Assembly: GCA_964608395.1 (NCBI GenBank)
Contig: CAZSOR010000001.1
Coordinates: 134-64,133 of the forward strand
Source of the DNA: an uncultured Pirellulales bacterium
GTDB lineage: Bacteria; Planctomycetota; Phycisphaerae; Sedimentisphaerales; Anaerobacaceae
Length of the DNA: 64,000 nt
Reading direction: 5' to 3'
The notes under the pieces are model-generated. The model was given only the letters and a program-made list of their open reading frames with translations. It was not told the origin of the DNA and made no database searches. Each line of letters begins with the position of its first letter. Within the stretch, counting starts at the first letter, position 1. Made by a program: the position numbers and the translations under genes. This document shows, piece by piece, positions 28,720 through 38,400 of this stretch.

Positions 28720-31700
28720 CTACCTTTCATTCATAATCTGCTCTATTTCAGCTTGTGATAAAACCTCACTGTAAATTTGGATATCGTCCAGGAGGCCTTT
28801 GTAACGCTCGTTGTCGCCCCTTCCGGGCCGATGGGCGAATAGAACCGTGCCGCCGGCCCAGTCATCATCCGCATTATCAGCCGCAATGTTTAATTCTCCA
28901 TTGATGTAAATCTCCATGCGGCCCGGATTTGCTGCCGTACCAAGCACGGATGTCATCGCAACATGCGTCCATTCACCTTCGGCAGGAGTAACTGTGCTTT
29001 GCGGATAGGTTTCACCGCTCTGATAAAAGTTATTACCAAGAACGCCGGAATCAGGTTGCATCACAACTTCCCAGTTATCCGCGGCTGAGATTACACGCTT
29101 ATAAGAGCCGGTAGTTGCGAAGCCCACTTCCGGATTCATCCAGAATGTAATTGTCATGCTCTTCAAATCTGCTGTTGAAAAATCAGCCACCTCAACGTTA
29201 GATGTGCCATCAAAAGAAAGTGCATTTCCAATCGCACCAGCGCCGGTCACTGCGCCAATAATGGTGCCATCCTTGCCTCCGACGGAGTCAGCCGCAATTG
29301 TTGCTCCTGCAGCAGTATCTTCATCCAGCGTCCAATGATGCACCAATGGGCTCGGATATAGCCGAATATCATCGATGAACATTTTACCTACACCACCGGC
29401 GATTGGGGCTAACTTGCTGCCTATGCCGATCTTTAGCATCTGGACATTGGTAAGATCCACGCCCTGATCGGCCGCTTCACTCAGCGCAACTTGCCATGAC
29501 GTCCAGGTCGAGGCCCTGGTTGCGATATTCCCTTCAGGATTGGTAATGATTGCAGAGTTGCCCGCGCTGTCCTCAATGATCGCATACATTTCCTCGCTGG
29601 AATTGACCGGCATTCCGATGTCCAGGATCTTCTCCAGCGGTCCTGGCTGATCCACGGTCCCGTCGATAGATAAATGCTTGAACACCGAAGTGTTAACCGA
29701 CATGTCCTCTTCGGCTTGATCTGCTGAAACCGCCATGCCGACGTATAATGTCTGACCCATCGTGACAGCCGTGGGATCGCCGACCTGTTCCCAGATCTCG
29801 CCATCCGTGGAATGCTCTGCTGTAAATGTGTCTCCACTCCGTGTTAATCGTATCCAGTGTGGGATCACAAGTGTCGCCGGGAACTCCGGCACAAATGGAC
29901 TGGTCGTCACATCAACATCGACCGCTGTACGCCATCGCATGTACGCCTGGCCACCGGCGCGGATACCACTGATGACCATAGGCGAACCTGACTCTAAGCT
30001 CTCACGAAGCATTATGCCGGAATGGGTCCAGTCAGCAAATCGCGTGATGCTCATAAGCCGGGCTGTGATTGTGCCGTCACCGGTCATCTGCTTATATACG
30101 AACCGGAAGCTGTCTGCAGTACCTTCTATACCCTCACCTGAGCCACCTATCGTATAGGTCTCGGAATCGGAATCATAGCTGAAATCACCTGGAGGTGTGT
30201 TAGCACGGTATGACAGTTGCAAAGTCGCTAATGTCTTGCCAAAAGCTTGCGTCCAGTCATGGGGGGTGCCGAAGTCGTGATGTGCCTCGGACAGGAACGG
30301 AGACTCAGTATTGTTGTACATCAATGGCATTGACTGCTGACCGCCATTGACTATATTCAATTCAGCAATCGGCAGAGGCCAATTACCGACTTCGGCTCCT
30401 GTTCCATTGCCTGCTTTGCCTGGTGCAGGATCTTCATATCCTATACCATCTAACCACGTTCGCCATAGTTCGTTAGGTATCTCATCTGTGTAGTTCTCAA
30501 AATCGTCAACTACAACCACCTTGGAAGTAGTGAAACTCCAGACAATGCCCTTAGTGGTGCTACCACCGACAACTTCATCGATCCGCCAGTAATAGGTTGT
30601 ATTCAGATCCAGATCCTCAAGAAGATACGAGGTGTCAACCTGCTGTCCTTTGTAGATGTCAGCAGTACTCGTATCGGCTGCTTCCACTGCCGCAGCGTCT
30701 GTACCCAAATAGACATCGTGTCCAGCGTTACTGCTTATTGGCAGCCACATGAGACGCGGCGCCTGTGAAACCTCGCCGGCACTATTGGCCGGTGAGATTA
30801 CTTCTGCCCTCAAAATGGCGCTGAGCATCATTGACGGGATGATTTGTTGCTCAATACGGGAACTCCGCCAAAGCAGGTACAACTCAGCATCACCCGAATC
30901 CTGGTAGTACTCGATGCGAATCGAATAGGTTCCCTCTTGTAGTTCGAGAGTAGCATTCGCACCTCGTAAGCTATGATTACTCCAGTCCTCGATGATTTCA
31001 GCGCCGTCAAGGAATACCCTTACTCCATCGTTGCTGTTGGCGATCAGTGTATAAGTATCCGTTGCCGGGATGGTCAGCGTGCCCCGCCAGCGTGCCGTAA
31101 AAGCTTCACGGTCTATGCCTGTACCGGGACTCTCTGTATTCCAGTCAAAGTCGATAACAGGATCCACTCGGGTTATTACCGGATTGCCTACCAGGTTATC
31201 CGCACCCTGGATATACTCTCCGTTTAGCCCACCCTGACCTGCGGGTATAGTAGTGAAACTCCAAACGTCACCTTTGACGTCGGTCGTACCGTCAGACGCA
31301 TCTACGCGCCAGTAGTAGGTTGCGCCGTTCTGCAGGCCGCTTGGATCGTAGCTGTTTTCGATAACGGTAACACCACCGACGTCATTGGTGATGTCATCCT
31401 GATTCGCGCTGAGATAGACTGTGTGCTGCGTTGCATCGGCACCGGGACTCCAACTGACGACCACATCCGCCGGCACTAACAAAGCAGTATCTATGGGCGA
31501 AGGGTCATGTGCGGATTCCGGACCTTTTGGCACGCCTTTAGTAGCATAAAATCCGGATGGGTCCATTCCGCCGTTGATGTACAATAGGCCAAGGATTACT
31601 GATTCATTTGTTAGGGGATCTCCGTTCTCGTCTTTCAAGTCAGTTACCTTGAAGGCGATGCCACCAAGTGTTTGGCCCCCGTTGAAACTCTGGCCGGTCA

Positions 31701-32256
31701 GGGCAATATCCGGCTCACCTGCGGTGCTTGGAAGCCACGTGGACGCTGGCACGACCACGGGCTCACCCAGGATCTCACTGCCGCCCGGACCGGGCAGGAT
31801 AGGCTGGATCGTGAATTCGTCATTGCGTCCGTACTCGAACAGGAAGAAGTCGAACAACTCACCGTTAGTGTCCTGCCATGTGGGTGATCCACCCCAGTTC
31901 CGGACATACATTTTGGGGTCCGACTGACCGCTACGCGGAAGGCCGCTTTCCAGATCGAAATCCTGGACGTCACCGGGATTATCGTGATTGGCAGGATCAA
32001 TCGAGATCTCCTGCATTGTGATTTCTTCGGCCACCACGATGTCTTCAAGCGGGATATTTGCGTCAATAAAGGTGAAACCTCTGAAAGGATAAGGCGGATT
32101 TCCATCGATTTGCACGACAGTGGGGTTGCCAATAGTACCATCAGGAGCCTCAACAAGCACATCCCAATCGGACATACCATAGAATTCCGCCTGGGTCGGT
32201 ACTGCCAAGAGTACCACGACAGATACTATAAGGCCAATAATTATTGTCCTGGACAT
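28720..32256 (-). CDS. Large secreted multi-lectin protein: FN3-like / PA14 / FN3-like / jelly-roll modules / C-terminal LamG; no catalytic domain recognised
   Basis: The PA14 stretch is GLNGEYIQGADNLVG...FTARWRGTLTIPATDTYTL...DDGVRVFLDG...IRIEYYQDSGDAELYLLW. Two repeats end YYWR(V/I)D...VWSFTT. The LamG tail ends LLDDIQIYSEVLSQAEIEQI. I chose start ATG 32256 (GGAGG 6 nt upstream); the track start is 32262. Confidence 0.7.
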   Translation of the reverse strand: MSRTIIIGLIVSVVVLLAVPTQAEFYGMSDWDVLVEAPDGTIGNPTVVQIDGNPPYPFRGFTFIDANIPLEDIVVAEEITMQEISIDPANHDNPGDVQDFDLESGLPRSGQSDPKMYVRNWGGSPTWQDTNGELFDFFLFEYGRNDEFTIQPILPGPGGSEILGEPVVVPASTWLPSTAGEPDIALTGQSFNGGQTLGGIAFKVTDLKDENGDPLTNESVILGLLYINGGMDPSGFYATKGVPKGPESAHDPSPIDTALLVPADVVVSWSPGADATQHTVYLSANQDDITNDVGGVTVIENSYDPSGLQNGATYYWRVDASDGTTDVKGDVWSFTTIPAGQGGLNGEYIQGADNLVGNPVITRVDPVIDFDWNTESPGTGIDREAFTARWRGTLTIPATDTYTLIANSNDGVRVFLDGAEIIEDWSNHSLRGANATLELQEGTYSIRIEYYQDSGDAELYLLWRSSRIEQQIIPSMMLSAILRAEVISPANSAGEVSQAPRLMWLPISSNAGHDVYLGTDAAAVEAADTSTADIYKGQQVDTSYLLEDLDLNTTYYWRIDEVVGGSTTKGIVWSFTTSKVVVVDDFENYTDEIPNELWRTWLDGIGYEDPAPGKAGNGTGAEVGNWPLPIAELNIVNGGQQSMPLMYNNTESPFLSEAHHDFGTPHDWTQAFGKTLATLQLSYRANTPPGDFSYDSDSETYTIGGSGEGIEGTADSFRFVYKQMTGDGTITARLMSITRFADWTHSGIMLRESLESGSPMVISGIRAGGQAYMRWRTAVDVDVTTSPFVPEFPATLVIPHWIRLTRSGDTFTAEHSTDGEIWEQVGDPTAVTMGQTLYVGMAVSADQAEEDMSVNTSVFKHLSIDGTVDQPGPLEKILDIGMPVNSSEEMYAIIEDSAGNSAIITNPEGNIATRASTWTSWQVALSEAADQGVDLTNVQMLKIGIGSKLAPIAGGVGKMFIDDIRLYPSPLVHHWTLDEDTAAGATIAADSVGGKDGTIIGAVTGAGAIGNALSFDGTSNVEVADFSTADLKSMTITFWMNPEVGFATTGSYKRVISAADNWEVVMQPDSGVLGNNFYQSGETYPQSTVTPAEGEWTHVAMTSVLGTAANPGRMEIYINGELNIAADNADDDWAGGTVLFAHRPGRGDNERYKGLLDDIQIYSEVLSQAEIEQIMNER

Positions 32257-32473
32257 AATCATCCTCCTTCACAAATAACATGAAATTTTGACTGGGATTC
32301 ACGAAACACGCCGCATCGCGATGCTCACATACTTTCTATAGTATTATAGTACCAAATTCAAAAAGGAATTTCCACCCTATTCCTCTTACTTTTGAAAATC
32401 CGATTTTGAGTAATAACTCTTAACCTATTCCTGTTTTGCATACGATTTTATGGTGTTTCCACGAACGTTAGCT

Positions 32474-33232
32474 CTAATTGCCCACCATATCTGCCGGTAA
32501 GCCGAAATCGTACACAGTAAGCTCAAGTGGACGCATCTTACCGGCATGGCCATCTACAAATAAGCCGTTAATCCATTTCTTATGACGATCAAGCGCCACT
32601 CGTCGCCCAGCATTTATCGTACCATCCGGGGACGCCGGCAGATGACCAGAATTCCAGACATCCAACCACTGCATCTTCGTCTTAATCATATCTGGGGGAT
32701 CGTCTTTGCGTATTATTTGAACTTGACCTGAATCGGGATCATATTCGTAGTCTGCCAGATATATTGTTGTTGTATGGCGGGGAAAGTCATCCATCTTGGA
32801 GAATCCAAAGGATTCGGTCAATGAACCCTTCAAGTTGAAGGCGTTAATGCAATAATCGACGGTTTGTTCCTTTTCCGGGTAGCTCGGACAATCAAATATC
32901 TCTACCTCAAAATATTCTTCGAGATCATCGATGCCTTTGGTTACTGAACCTAAATAGGGCATGAAGAGGACGGGCCATCGCATATCTATATCGTATCCTT
33001 GTACATTACCCCGTAATTCCGCCCTTGGAATCAAGTAATCGTAATCGCCTGCGTAAGCATGCATTGCCAGACCGATTTGCTTGAGGTTGGCCAAACACCG
33101 TGTTTGTTTTGCCTGTTCTTTTACCCTGTTTAATGCAGGAAGTAAGATGGCTAATAACAACGCGATGATTGCTATAACAACCAACAACTCTATAAGCGTA
33201 AAGCCTCGAACGTGTCTCGTATTTCGCATCAT
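32474..33232 (-). CDS. Prepilin-type N-terminal cleavage/methylation protein, DUF1559 / H-X9-DG class pseudopilin
   Basis: 252 aa. It carries [26 protein letters not shown] and the C-terminal [12 protein letters not shown] (H-X9-DG). Confidence 0.85.
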   Translation of the reverse strand: MMRNTRHVRGFTLIELLVVIAIIALLLAILLPALNRVKEQAKQTRCLANLKQIGLAMHAYAGDYDYLIPRAELRGNVQGYDIDMRWPVLFMPYLGSVTKGIDDLEEYFEVEIFDCPSYPEKEQTVDYCINAFNLKGSLTESFGFSKMDDFPRHTTTIYLADYEYDPDSGQVQIIRKDDPPDMIKTKMQWLDVWNSGHLPASPDGTINAGRRVALDRHKKWINGLFVDGHAGKMRPLELTVYDFGLPADMVGN

Positions 33233-33391
33233 AGTCTCCGGTTGTTTTTTTTACCAGCCATACTCATACCCATGTATATAGCTATTTTACTTAACTCTGA
33301 TAATACCATATTATATCTCTTGAACGCAATAGTTACAACGAAAAATATCAGAAACCGCACGGAAACGAAGTATTGGGGCTGAAGGCCTGAT

Positions 33392-33622
33392 ATGGAGTAT
33401 TATCGCCGAAAGCGATATCTAATCCATGATCGTGATCCATTGTATACTACAGCAAGATTTCATGAGATTTTAAAAAGCTTTGGAGTACAAGTGCTACAGT
33501 TTCCCAATCGAAGCCTTGATTTGAATTATTATGCTGAACGCTTTGTCAAGTCTGTCAAATGGGAGTGTTTGAATCACCTGATTCGCTACTACAAGTACAT
33601 AAACAATCGCCTGGATTCATAA
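33392..33622 (+). mobile_element. Fragment of a DDE/rve integrase-core transposase (C-terminal ~75 aa only); IS remnant
   Basis: [56 protein letters not shown] fits the ...DRD..F...F......G......P..SP.LN.YAERF..S.K.E.L pattern of rve-domain transposases. The N-terminal two-thirds are missing (in-frame stop at 33380-33382). The segment is AT-rich (19 G+C in 33421-33480). Confidence 0.6.
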
Positions 33623-33719
33623 AGCGGCTGTTCACACATGTCCGCATCTCCCACCCGATACAAAGTTGGACTCCAGCAGCCTATATATTGTTGAAGCGTA
33701 GAAACCGTTCAACGAAGCC

Positions 33720-35177
33720 TCAGCCTTCGAAATAGACGCCGCCTTTTACGAGGGCCGCACGCAGATCGCTATAGCGCAGGTCACGTGTCCCACAGTTCTT
33801 CTTGGCGCAGAGAGCCGCGGCTGTGCCGGTCGCTTGGCCTTGCCCCATGCAGCATACCGTGTTTCTTGTGGACATGTGGGGCCTATGGTCGGAGGTTATC
33901 ATCATACCTGCGACGAGCAGGTTCTCTATACCTTCAGCGCGAAGTGCTCGGTACGGAATGCCGTATGTGCCACCGTTCTTAACCTGGTATCGCGGAGCGC
34001 TGTCATGGAAGCCATACGACATTACGTCGTCATCGAAGTGCCTGCCCTCGATGACGTCTTCATGGGTTATGTCGTAATCGCAGGTGATGAGTCTGCCGCG
34101 GCGGATGTTAAGTGTTGGGCTGGTCCGGGCCATGAAAGCCTTTTCACAACCAGGGACATATTTCCTGAACAATTCCACTGCCTTCGCCTGGCGCTTTCGC
34201 ACTTCAAGCTCGCCTTTGGCCATATCGTCGCGGTTGATGACGCTGCCTGGAACTTTAAAATTGCACTTGACGAACATCAGGTAATTGTCGTAAACAGTGG
34301 TTATCATCGAGGACATGCCTATCTTCCTCGCCTCCTTTTGGAACTCACCTCCCAGGCCGCCGTTGAAACGTACAACTTTCCCGGGCTGGCCGCTACGGAT
34401 GCCGTAGGCAAGCTGATTGGACCCGCCGTGGGCTTCGAGATGCGCGACATATCCATCTATATCCACGTTGGCAAGACCAATGCTGTTGCAGCAGGCATAA
34501 TCGTTGGGGACTTTGTAATCAGCCCCGGCGAATGCGGCCATGTCGCCGTAAGCCGAGCAATCTACGAACGCTTTGGCGTAGATCGCCTCTCTGCCGGACC
34601 GGCTGTCGACTATTGCACCCCTGATACGGTTGCCGTCCATAATAGCGCCGGTAAGCAGCGTGTTTACGGCGATGAAGACTCCCGCTTCATCGAGCATTTG
34701 CATAGTGACAAGTTTGTAAAGCTCAGTATCGATCGCAGTGCAAACCGAATCATAATCATACCCTCTGACCATCTCGGCATGTCCCGAGCAGGCGCCAACT
34801 GCCATCAAACGGTCGATGATCTGTTGAGGAATCCCCGTTACTACCTGACGTTTCTTCACGCCGGGAAAGGCCTTCCACAGATTATAGAAGCTGTGAAGCG
34901 CGGTGCCGCCCTCGGTGACGGTTCCGCCGGTATATCCTTTCCTTTCAATCAGCATGGTCTTGGCGCCTTGCTGAGCGGCCGCAAGAGCTGCTACAACGCC
35001 CCCCGTACCGGCGCCGGCGACAACAACATCAAATTTCCTGATCGGCAATTTCTTCGCCGGCTCCTCGTAGTAGTCATCGGATTGGGTCCGGTTGCCGGCC
35101 TTGCTGCTATTTGGAAAGCCGGCTAAGGCGCCAACTCCGAGCATTACGCTGTTTCTCGTAAACTCTCGACGATTCAT
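33720..35177 (-). CDS. Tat-exported FAD-dependent oxidoreductase (PF12831-like)
   Basis: 485 aa. The signal MNRREFTRNSVMLGVGALAG has a twin-arginine motif. The dinucleotide fold is FDVVVAGAGTGGVVAALAAAQQG. Confidence 0.7.
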   Translation of the reverse strand: MNRREFTRNSVMLGVGALAGFPNSSKAGNRTQSDDYYEEPAKKLPIRKFDVVVAGAGTGGVVAALAAAQQGAKTMLIERKGYTGGTVTEGGTALHSFYNLWKAFPGVKKRQVVTGIPQQIIDRLMAVGACSGHAEMVRGYDYDSVCTAIDTELYKLVTMQMLDEAGVFIAVNTLLTGAIMDGNRIRGAIVDSRSGREAIYAKAFVDCSAYGDMAAFAGADYKVPNDYACCNSIGLANVDIDGYVAHLEAHGGSNQLAYGIRSGQPGKVVRFNGGLGGEFQKEARKIGMSSMITTVYDNYLMFVKCNFKVPGSVINRDDMAKGELEVRKRQAKAVELFRKYVPGCEKAFMARTSPTLNIRRGRLITCDYDITHEDVIEGRHFDDDVMSYGFHDSAPRYQVKNGGTYGIPYRALRAEGIENLLVAGMMITSDHRPHMSTRNTVCCMGQGQATGTAAALCAKKNCGTRDLRYSDLRAALVKGGVYFEG

Positions 35178-35250
35178 TCGAAGTCTCCTTTCTTAAACAC
35201 GGTCACCGCGGTCCACACAAAAGTCACTGGCCGCAGCGTCTGTCTAACGG

Positions 35251-35266
35251 CCTAAACTGGTTTAGG
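35251..35266. promoter_or_regulatory. Candidate operator: inverted repeat CCTAAAC-tg-GTTTAGG in the divergent intergenic region
   Basis: It has perfect 7-bp arms with a 2-nt spacer. It lies between the divergently oriented 33720-35177 and 35498-38953 genes. Confidence 0.3.
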
Positions 35267-35354
35267 TGGTCATAATAGGTTTCATGCTATCAAGTTTCAG
35301 CCTTTTTGTCATCAACTACTTTGGGAAATCCCAGGGCTACCGCATCTAAGAGCA

Positions 35355-35384
35355 TTGACGAGCCTGTGGTAAATCTGCTATAAT
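35355..35384 (+). promoter_or_regulatory. Sigma-70-like promoter: TTGACG - 18 nt - TATAAT
   Basis: The -35 element TTGACG is at 35355-35360 and the -10 element TATAAT is at 35379-35384. This is about 110 nt upstream of the CotH-like ORF. Confidence 0.5.
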
Positions 35385-35497
35385 ATAAAGGTAACATCAG
35401 GACATGTTGCCAAGTCAACACAGATAGGTGTTTCGTGTATCAAGTTTGGCCAATGGCTTTATTGGTGATGATGTAGTTGCCTGTAGAGGAGTCGTGC

Positions 35498-38400
35498 GTG
35501 AGAGACGAGTATAGAAAAATCGCACTTATTATTATCGCGGTTACAGCACTAAGAACTGACATGTCTGATCTGGGCGTCCTGGCGGATAACGGGAATCAAA
35601 CCAATTTGCCCCTGGTCATAAACGAGGTCATGGCCTCGAACACCAACACCGTCAAGGACTTACAGGGCGAGTACGATGACTGGATCGAATTTTTCAACGC
35701 CGGCGACTATTCAATAGATATGGGCGGCATGTACCTGACGGATGAACCCGGCAATCCCACGAAGTGGATGATTCCCGATGACAATCCCGGGACTACAACC
35801 GTTGCCGCAGAGCGCTTTCTGCTAATATGGGTGGATGGGGATGAGCAGGACTCCGGCCTGCATGCGAGTTTCAGCCTGGATGCCGACGGTGACGATATCC
35901 TTCTGTTCGACCGTGACGGCCGAACTCTCATCGACGGATTCAGTTTCATAGATCAGCGTACCGACATATCCTATGGTCGCTATCCCGATGGGGATCAGAA
36001 CCTGCAATACATGGTATTTTCCACACCCAAAGCGGCCAACAATGGGGCCTTCATCGACAACGTCGCTGATACGAAATTCAGCCAAGATCGCGGTTTCTAT
36101 GATGCGTCTTTCTCACTTACCATCTCAACCGTCACCGAAGGGGCCGAAATTCGCTACACGACCGACGGTACAGCTCCGAGTCCCACAAACGGCTTGACCT
36201 ACACTGGGGCCATTCCAATCAGCACGACCACCTGTGTTCGCGCCATTGCATATAATCCGGGCTGGCTCGAAACGAATATCGACACTCACACCTATATTTT
36301 CCCCCGAGACGTAGTAAGGCAGCCGGCTAATATTCCCGGATATCCGAATCCCCGGACCTGGCTTGGGAGTAATAAGTACGCAAATCACGACTATGAGATG
36401 GATCCTGTTGTCGTCAATGATAGTGTCTATAGCTCGATGATCGTCGATTCGCTCAAAGCCATTCCCACAATGTCCCTGGTCACCGGTCGAGCCGCCATGG
36501 ATACCTACTACTGGGGATCCGGCGAGAGTCAGGCATCGATTGAGCTTATCTATCCGTATGACCCGGACAACAGTATCCAGGCCGATTGTGGTGTTGAGCC
36601 ACACAGTCATGACCGGCTCAAGCGATCTTTGCGACTGAACTTCAGGGCAGCTTATGGGGATTCGAAATTTAAGTCTGATATTTTCGAAAGGGCGCCGCTG
36701 AATGGTGATTCGGCCAGCAAGTCGATCAATAAGATTGTCCTTCGCGGAGGCAACAACAGATCCTGGGCCAGGGTCTGGAACCCGGACAAGACCACCTACA
36801 CTATGGACCAATGGTTCCGGGACACGCAGATCGCCATGTCCGGCGTGGGATCGCACGGGACATTCGTCCATCTCTACATCAACGGTATCTACTGGGGCCT
36901 TTATAATCCTGTCGAACGACCTGACGCTGCGTTCGCCGCGCTATATCTGGGCGGCGAGGATGAAGATTACTATTCGGTCAGCCACGGCGGCTCGCACGGT
37001 GGCAGTGCGACCCGTTACAACTACCTCAAGAATACGCTGATCAACAAGGATATGTCGGATCCGGACAACTACGCCGAGATGCAGGAATATCTGAACATCG
37101 AGTCATACATCGACTATGTGATGCTGTCCTGGTTTGGGGGCGTGGGTGACTGGCCGGGCAACAATTGGTGGGGCGCCAACCGCAATGACCCGCCGGGGCC
37201 ATTCGAGTACTTTCTCTGGGATGCTGAGTGGTCATGGGAGACTACACGTGGGCACAATAACGGCTGGGTGGCCCCAGGCTTCCGTAGAAATAACAGCGGT
37301 GGGCCAACGATCGCGGCAATTTGGCACAGCCTAAGAGCAAACGGCGACTTCATGATGCTCTTCGCCGATCACGCCTATAAGCATCTTTTCAACGACGGTG
37401 TGCTGACCGACCAGAACTGCATAGACCGCTACCTTACACTCAACAACTTTATTTGCGATGCCATCGTGGCTGAATCGGCCCGCTGGGGCGATTCGCTGTT
37501 AACCGTGGGCTATCCGCGAAGAACGAGAGATGTCGACTGGCTCGCCGCCGAGGCCGAGACTATTGGACCGGGCTTCATGGCTGACAATGTCGCCAAATTC
37601 GTAGATTCCCTGCGAAAAGAGGGCTACTACCCAGACATCGATCCTCCAGACTTCAATATCTACGGCGGTCCCGTAGCATCTGACTTCCAAATGACACTGT
37701 CTAATCCGAATTCATCGGGCATAGTCTACTATACTCTCAACGGCTCCGATCCCCGCATATCCTCTCCCCCCCAAAAGGCCAACAGCCTCACAATCATCGA
37801 AGAGAGTGACTTCAAGAAGGTACTTGTACCGAGCGGTCCGGTGGATGAGAACTGGAGAGGCGGCGGGGAGTTTGATGATTCGAGCTGGACCGAATCATCG
37901 GGAGATCCCGGCGGAGTTGGATACGAGATTGGCAGCGGGTATGAGAGTCTGATCAGCCTTGACCTCGAGTCACTGATGTATAACAAGCACAGCACCTGCT
38001 ATATTCGAATACCGTTTACGCTCGATGTCGATCCTGCTTTCTATGACTCTCTGGCGCTTAAGATTCGTTACGACGATGCGTTTGTGGCCTGGCTCAACGG
38101 TGATGAAATCAAACGGGAAAACTTTACGGAGATTCCCGACTGGGATTCCGACGGAACCAGCAGCCATTCTGATTCAGGGGCAGCCAACCTTATGGTTTTT
38201 GATGTCACAGAGCATATTGGTTCGCTCAGACTTTTCGACAACTTTCTGGCAATCCAGGGCATGAACAATGGCAGTGACAGCTCGGACCTGCTGATTTCGG
38301 TCGAGCTGGAGCTTAGCAGAGGCGGCACGGCCGGAGGCGCTATCTCGCAAGATGCATTCGAGTATTCCAGGCCAGTTACTTTCGATTGTAGTCGGCACGT

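Noticed and set aside
32375-32431. Direct 9-mer CCTATTCCT repeated 48 nt apart between the pseudopilin and the PA14/LamG gene
   Set aside because: It is too short. A repeated 9-mer in a ~200-nt AT-rich spacer has a non-trivial chance probability, and there is no supporting symmetry or further copies.
33834-35126. 430-aa plus-strand ORF
   Set aside because: It is antisense to the well-supported Tat-FAD oxidoreductase gene. It is low-complexity and Arg/Gly/Ala-rich, as is typical of a reverse-frame artefact in a G/C3-rich gene.
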